Below are positions 58,565-64,000 of a DNA stretch of 64,000 nucleotides, in pieces (position 1 is the first letter of the stretch; every line of letters starts with the position of its first letter). The notes below the pieces were generated by a model that was not told where the DNA came from, did no database searches, and was given only the letters and a program-made list of their open reading frames with translations. The stretch comes from Lentisphaeria bacterium. Lineage in GTDB: Bacteria > Verrucomicrobiota > Lentisphaeria > JABSQK01 > JAWLHB01. Position numbers and translations under genes: made by a program. The DNA is taken from positions 186,001-250,000 of the forward strand of contig JAWLHB010000003.1 in NCBI GenBank assembly GCA_041690595.1, in the 5' to 3' direction.

Positions 58565-60898
58565 TCAAGCCAAGGCACTTTCGTCGCCGCCGTCCTGCGT
58601 GAACAGGCAGGAGGTGCCGGTCGCGTCCCGCAGGCTCCACAGCGCCTGTGCGTCCAGTTCCTCCGGCAGAGGAAAAATATTGAGGTCGGCCTGGGGAGCA
58701 TCCTGCGCATAACGACCAAAATCGCCAGTGACTTCGTGCACATGGGTCTCGGCCGGCAACCGCGCCAGGTCGACCAGACGGTCGAGGAAAGTTTTGGCCT
58801 TTTCCTCGTCGACACGGTTCTTCACGGTGCCAATCACCGTCAGTTTAGCATCCCAACTATCCAGCATGCGGTAGGCCAACAGCACTGCCAGATCGAGGTT
58901 GGCAAATTCCATCTCCAGCTTCCAGTCGGGCCCCTGGTCAGGGATCCAAAGGTTGATGCGTTGACGCCGCCCCAGCCCCGCCACCTCGTGATGCACCAGC
59001 AGCGCGATCCCCATGCGCTGTCGTTTGCCCTCCCGCATTACGTTCTGCAGGGACGCGTGGGTTTCCTCGTTCTTCGGCAGTTCCAGCAGCAGCAGGTTGG
59101 GCCGGAAAAAGGAACCCGCCATGGCCTGCATGCCGATTCGCACGTCATCAGGGAATCGATCCGACTCCATGACCGTCGAGGAGGTGAACACCCCAGCGTC
59201 GGTCAGCGCCTGCTGAGTGCTCAGCAACTGCCGACGCAGATCGTCCACCCCGTCGGCGGGGGCCAAACCCAAAAGCCTCACAGAGCCCATGGGATAGGCG
59301 AGTTGTTCGACCATCTCGAACGAACCACGGAGCCGGTGGGGATTTTCTACCGGAATTAGGATGTTGGGTTTCCAGGCGCGTTCCGACATCCCGTGGGAGA
59401 GTTTCACTTTCTTCGCCGCCCATTCGGCTGCCGCGGTAAACAACCCACTCCGCACGTCGCCGGTGGGCGCGGAGAGGCGGCGCTTCAACAGGAGGATGTA
59501 GATGACAGCCACCAGAACGAAGGCGACGAGGCTGAACATGGCGTTGATGATAAACATGGCGAAGATGCAGCCGACAAAGCCGATGAGTGAGACCAGACGC
59601 GGTATGCGCATCAGGGGGCGGAAACTGATCAGCCGCAGGCTTTGTTCGACCGAGACCACCAGGTTAATCGTGGCGTAGGTCAGCAGAAAAATCATGGCGA
59701 TCAGCGGCGCGATGGCATTGAGTTCCCGCAGCATGATGGCAAGCAGCACCAGCGCCGCGGTTAGGTAGATCGCGTTGCGCGGCTCGCCGCTTCCACTTCG
59801 CTTGGCAAAGATCTCGCTGGCGGGTACGATCCGGTGGCTGGCCAAAGCCTGGAGTATGCGCGGGGCGCCGACGAAGGACGCAAGCGCCGACGAAAAGGTG
59901 GCGGCAAGAAGCCCAGCCAGCACCGCGGGTCCCCAGAACGCACGGTCGATCATGATCGTATAGTTGCCGGTCAGTTCGTCCACGGAGGCGCTACGCATCA
60001 GCCAATACGCCAGCGCCAGATAGATAATCAGGCTCAGCCCGATAGCCGACAACATGCCGATCGGAATGGATCGGCGCGGATTCTTCAGATCCCCCGACAT
60101 ATTGGCCCCAGCCATGATCCCGGTCGAGGCAGGAAAGAAAACCGCGAACACGGCCCAGAAGCTGATCCCGGAGAAATTCTCCTCCACCGTGCCGGGAAAC
60201 TCTCCCCACCACACGATCGGATGATCCATCGTGCCCTGGATCGCGCTGGTCGCCACGGATGCCAGGGAGGCGATGATGACCACAAGAATAACGTACTGAA
60301 CTTTGAACGTCAGCGCGGTACTCACCATCGTAATGCCGAAAATGACCGCGAAGATCAGCAGATCGATAGCGAGCGGGTGGAGGAAGGGGACACCCCAGGC
60401 GCCAATCGCCCACTGATACCCCTCCCGAAAACCGAAGATGTACATAACCACCGCCAAAGCCTGTGAGAGATACAGCGGCACGCCGATCGCCCCACCGGCC
60501 TCCAGCCCCAGCGACTGGGAGATCATAGAGAAGGCCCCTCCGGCCCCAATCCGAATGTTGGTGACGAAGGAAGACATGGAAAGACCCGTCGCCGCCGTTA
60601 TTCCGAAGGACAGCAGAATGATCAGCCAGGCGCCGCCAAGGCCCGCATTGCCCACCACCCAGCCTTCCCGCAGGTACATGATCACCCCGAGAATGGTCAG
60701 AAGAGTGGGCGTAAACACCCCGGCGAAGGTCCCAAACTTCTTCGGCTGCCGTTGCTCGTGTTTCTCCGCCTGCTCCTGGATGTCCTCCACTTCCTCGTCG
60801 CTCCCCGCGGCACTGGTCAGCACATCCACTCCCTTGTCCCCTTCATCAGCCTCTCCGGCGGACGGATCTGGGGGCAAATCTGCATCAGTGTGCGACAC
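58565..60898 (-). CDS. APC-superfamily transporter, cation-chloride cotransporter (SLC12)-like
   Basis: FGTFAGVFTPTLLTILGVIMYLREGWVVGNAG, FAVFFPASTGIMAGANMSGDLKNP, cytoplasmic tail WKPNIL...RPN. Confidence 0.88.
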   Translation of the reverse strand: MSHTDADLPPDPSAGEADEGDKGVDVLTSAAGSDEEVEDIQEQAEKHEQRQPKKFGTFAGVFTPTLLTILGVIMYLREGWVVGNAGLGGAWLIILLSFGITAATGLSMSSFVTNIRIGAGGAFSMISQSLGLEAGGAIGVPLYLSQALAVVMYIFGFREGYQWAIGAWGVPFLHPLAIDLLIFAVIFGITMVSTALTFKVQYVILVVIIASLASVATSAIQGTMDHPIVWWGEFPGTVEENFSGISFWAVFAVFFPASTGIMAGANMSGDLKNPRRSIPIGMLSAIGLSLIIYLALAYWLMRSASVDELTGNYTIMIDRAFWGPAVLAGLLAATFSSALASFVGAPRILQALASHRIVPASEIFAKRSGSGEPRNAIYLTAALVLLAIMLRELNAIAPLIAMIFLLTYATINLVVSVEQSLRLISFRPLMRIPRLVSLIGFVGCIFAMFIINAMFSLVAFVLVAVIYILLLKRRLSAPTGDVRSGLFTAAAEWAAKKVKLSHGMSERAWKPNILIPVENPHRLRGSFEMVEQLAYPMGSVRLLGLAPADGVDDLRRQLLSTQQALTDAGVFTSSTVMESDRFPDDVRIGMQAMAGSFFRPNLLLLELPKNEETHASLQNVMREGKRQRMGIALLVHHEVAGLGRRQRINLWIPDQGPDWKLEMEFANLDLAVLLAYRMLDSWDAKLTVIGTVKNRVDEEKAKTFLDRLVDLARLPAETHVHEVTGDFGRYAQDAPQADLNIFPLPEELDAQALWSLRDATGTSCLFTQDGGDESALA

Positions 60899-61025
60899 AA
60901 CGGAACCTCGAATGCGACTATTGGAGCTTTCTCATGATTGATCTTCACCGCCAATCAGCCGCTTCAAGCAGACTGAGCAACGACCAGGATCACGTACCCT
61001 ATGATGGGATACTCATACTATAATC

Positions 61026-61102
61026 CAAAGCCCTGAAACGGCATGACATACCAGCCCCGCCAGCCCCCTGTGCGCAAAGCCCTGAAACGGCGTGACATAC
61101 CA
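61026..61102 (+). repeat. 28-bp direct repeat x2
   Basis: CAAAGCCCTGAAACGGC(A/G)TGACATACCA at 61026 and 61075. Confidence 0.85.
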
Positions 61103-61286
61103 ACTCATCCCCAAAACCTCTCACTCCACCGCACCTCAAACAGACAAGGTTGCCAAGCTCCCCGCAACCATCCCTGCTCGCGAAATCCCGGGTCTTCGAG
61201 CCGCTTGCCCAAAGGGGCTGTCAACTTATACCCGGACAAAACAACATTTTCGCCTCCCCATCTCCCTCCCTTTTCTAACCTCATGG

Positions 61287-61327
61287 CTTGTCGGGATCCG
61301 GAGATCCGATCTCCGGATCCCGACAAG
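61287..61327. repeat. Perfect 20-bp inverted repeat (REP-like hairpin)
   Basis: CTTGTCGGGATCCGGAGATC-C-GATCTCCGGATCCCGACAAG. Confidence 0.88.
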
Positions 61328-61406
61328 AAGCACCGAGGGGTCTTTGGAGGCGCTGCCTCCAGCGGGGCCCGCGGCAGTGCGCCGCCGATGGTCCCCCCTT
61401 CGCTCA

Positions 61407-62591
61407 TCAGCCAAGGTAGGAAGCGGCGGCTTCTTGGCCCAGCTCCCGGACAATCAGCTCACGGCAGTCGATGGTGATGCCGCTGGTGACCCCATCGGCG
61501 ATGGAGGTCCCCTTCTGGAGGCTTTCTTCGGCCGCTTCCAGCACGACGGAGGTGAAGAAGCCAAGCTCGTTGGCGGTCATCATCTGATCGCGCACAGCCG
61601 GATGCAAGCTGTCGTTGCGGCTGGCGAGGATCTTCTGGTAGATGCGTCCGGGGGACGCCATTCCATAGCCAGTCACCAGACCGTCTTTCTCGAAATTGCG
61701 GAAGAGAGGATTGATCTCGGCAATGCCTTGAGCATGCAGTTCGTGGTAGCCCGGGCAGTCGAGATCGAGATCAATCATGCCATCGGTGCAGATCAGGCGG
61801 CTCGATTGCACGGTGAGCGCGTGAGCGGTGTTCGGCAGATGCCAGCCGGTGATGATGTGGGCGACGGCGCCGTTTTCGAAGACGATCTCGGTATCGCAGA
61901 GATCATAGCCCTTGACGCCGATCGGCTCGAGCGACGGCAGCTTGTGAGAATAGCCAATGGCACGCACCTGAAGCGGCTTGAGATCGACGATCTTCATCAA
62001 AGCGTCGGCCATATGGACGGTGAGGAAGGAGATCGGCGTGTTCTGGGCGGCAAAGTTGGGTGAGGCAAAGAAGGGCGGCTGATGATTGGGATCGGCAACG
62101 CAGAGCTTGTCGAGCATGTACCAGACCGTCGACTGCAGTTGTCCATAGCGCCCGCTCTGATACCGTGCCTCGGCTTCCTTGATGCGCGGATCTTCGCGCT
62201 TGTGGAAGTCGATGCCCATGAGACGCCCAGTGCGGCGAGCCGCCTCGATCATGGCATGGGTTTCCTTGACGGTCGCGGCGGTGGGCTTCGGTACGACCAC
62301 ATCGCAACCGGCCTCCAGCGCCGCTATCGTCGGCTGGCTGTGCAGATGGTCCGGTGTGTTGACCTGCACGGCATCGAGTTCCACGCTCTGGAGGAGGAGA
62401 TTGTAGTCCTTGAAGCGACGATTCTCCGGGATGTTGAAGGTATCGCCGAACCAGTTGCGGTACTCGTCGTTGGGATCGGCCACGGCCACGATGTCGAGCA
62501 GGTGGGTATAGTCGCTGCGGAAGTAGAGGTACTGATAGATTTCGCGCACCACCGAACCAACGCCGATAATGCCGACTTTTAGCTTGTCCAT
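61407..62591 (-). CDS. Gfo/Idh/MocA family oxidoreductase
   Basis: KVGIIGVG, VNTPDHLH, VVVPKP, DFHKREDP. Confidence 0.88.
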   Translation of the reverse strand: MDKLKVGIIGVGSVVREIYQYLYFRSDYTHLLDIVAVADPNDEYRNWFGDTFNIPENRRFKDYNLLLQSVELDAVQVNTPDHLHSQPTIAALEAGCDVVVPKPTAATVKETHAMIEAARRTGRLMGIDFHKREDPRIKEAEARYQSGRYGQLQSTVWYMLDKLCVADPNHQPPFFASPNFAAQNTPISFLTVHMADALMKIVDLKPLQVRAIGYSHKLPSLEPIGVKGYDLCDTEIVFENGAVAHIITGWHLPNTAHALTVQSSRLICTDGMIDLDLDCPGYHELHAQGIAEINPLFRNFEKDGLVTGYGMASPGRIYQKILASRNDSLHPAVRDQMMTANELGFFTSVVLEAAEESLQKGTSIADGVTSGITIDCRELIVRELGQEAAASYLG

Positions 62592-62622
62592 GTTCACAAT
62601 GTCCTGTCGTTGATCGAACTGT

Positions 62623-64000
62623 TTAGATAGAGCCGGTCTGATGGAGAATGAAGTGGGCGACCGTTTCGACGGCGCGCCGCATCTCCTCGATGTCCAGTTG
62701 CTCCTGGTCGGAATGAGCATGCGTCAACTTGCCCGAACCGAAGGTGAGAACGGGCATCTGAGGATACTCCGTGGCAAAGAGCCGCGAATCGCAGGAGACG
62801 GTCCAGCCGCGAATAGGTTCATCGGCGCATGGAAGCCCGACGGCGCGAGCCGCCGCCATGGCCGTCTGCACCGTGGGTGACTTTGGATCCCCGTCAAAGG
62901 CTGCATTGTGCAGCTTATCGTAGCTGACCGCGACGACGTCGCTGCCGGCTTCGGAACGACCGATGCGCCGCAGGTAGCTGTCCGCGCCCCGTTCGGCGGA
63001 GCGCGCAAAGCGGCTCATCACCTCCTCCATCGGATGGGTGGGGACGAATCCCTGTCCACCTTCGAGGAGCAGATCGCCAGCGGGCATGGGCGAGAGCGTG
63101 AGATGGATATCCTCCGCTCCGGCGCTCATGGCGATGGCACGGCGGGAGAAGACGAGACCACGGACGAAATGCGCCATCTTGGTGATGGCGCCGTCGTTCT
63201 CCAGGATGGAGCCCATGTGCCCGGTCGAGCCATGCACATCCACCACAAAGGCGTTCCCTTCGCGGCGCATGTCGTAGTGACTCGCGACCTTCGGCTTGCC
63301 GGTATCGGGATTGAGCACCTTTGTCTTGTCACCATACATGCCCACGTATGTCTCGAGGGCGAACTCGAGTACATCGCGCACCATGGTCTCCGCCTCGGCC
63401 GAAGGCTCCCGATCGAACTCGATGCGGAAGGAGACTTCACCGCAGATGCGGCTGGGATGTTCGCCATAGGAACCAATGCAGCCGTGGCAGGTCTGGACCG
63501 GGCGTTGCGGGAAGAGGTCGTGGCGGCTCTCCGCACGAATGGAACGTCCTTCCTTCTCCATCTCTTCATTGACAAAGGCGAAGAGTTCGAAAAGGTTCAG
63601 GCCGGGGCGGTCGCGCAGGAGGCACTGGTACCAGACCGCACCGCGATTGGCGGGATAAACCACGTTGTCGGTGCATTCCATGACCATGATCGACTCGTAC
63701 CGAGCCTTCAGCTCACGGTCGAGCGCCAGCGAAAGCGAGCCGTTGCCGCCGGTCTCTTCCTCGACCACGAACATGCAGGTCACGCCGCGATTGAGGGTGC
63801 TCTTCCGCTCGGCCAGGAGCTGTGACACCACCTTGAGAGCGGCGATGATGGAAACCACCTGCCCCTTGTCGTCGCAGGAACCACGGCCGAAAACGATCCC
63901 GTCTTCCACGCGAGGCGGGAAGTAGGGATGGACGATGTCTACATGCGCATTCAGCGCGAGAGAACTGCCCGCATTGCTGCTTTCCGCACCCGGAATCGTG
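62623..64000 (-). CDS. M20 family metallopeptidase/amidohydrolase (ArgE/DapE-like), 5'-truncated
   Basis: Frame open to window end: LNAHVDIV, GRGSCDDKG, VEEETGG, HAHSDQE. Confidence 0.88.
   Translation of the reverse strand, partial: TIPGAESSNAGSSLALNAHVDIVHPYFPPRVEDGIVFGRGSCDDKGQVVSIIAALKVVSQLLAERKSTLNRGVTCMFVVEEETGGNGSLSLALDRELKARYESIMVMECTDNVVYPANRGAVWYQCLLRDRPGLNLFELFAFVNEEMEKEGRSIRAESRHDLFPQRPVQTCHGCIGSYGEHPSRICGEVSFRIEFDREPSAEAETMVRDVLEFALETYVGMYGDKTKVLNPDTGKPKVASHYDMRREGNAFVVDVHGSTGHMGSILENDGAITKMAHFVRGLVFSRRAIAMSAGAEDIHLTLSPMPAGDLLLEGGQGFVPTHPMEEVMSRFARSAERGADSYLRRIGRSEAGSDVVAVSYDKLHNAAFDGDPKSPTVQTAMAAARAVGLPCADEPIRGWTVSCDSRLFATEYPQMPVLTFGSGKLTHAHSDQEQLDIEEMRRAVETVAHFILHQTGSI

Noticed and set aside
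61043..62063. Plus-strand ORFs of 144 and 323 aa
   Set aside because: They start in the repeat cluster and overlap the oxidoreductase antisense

Overview
This is a GC-rich bacterial chromosomal segment, mostly housekeeping and metabolic genes. Gene content suggests the PVC superphylum, possibly Lentisphaerae (inference only). It holds about 50 CDS, a tmRNA (1144-1502, minus strand, tag ANTELALAA), two decayed genes and several short repeat clusters. No rRNA, tRNA, CRISPR array or intact transposase or integrase was found. The most unusual feature is a single 1500-aa ORF (29713-34215, minus strand). It joins a complete ABC exporter (TMD+NBD) to an outer-membrane secretin through an internal lipoprotein-type signal sequence, and no other T2SS or pilus genes lie nearby. 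Second is a PTS Enzyme I with intact catalytic motifs and an N-terminal 2-TM plus HAMP-like module (1676-3781). Also notable: an AT-rich accessory patch (34.3-36.4 kb) with a frameshifted nuclease-toxin tip, a putative immunity gene and repeats; an HflK-like gene coupled to an atypical P1B ATPase; and kinase, FHA and Zn-ribbon proteins that may form a phospho-Thr network. All calls come from reading motifs by eye; no searches were run.
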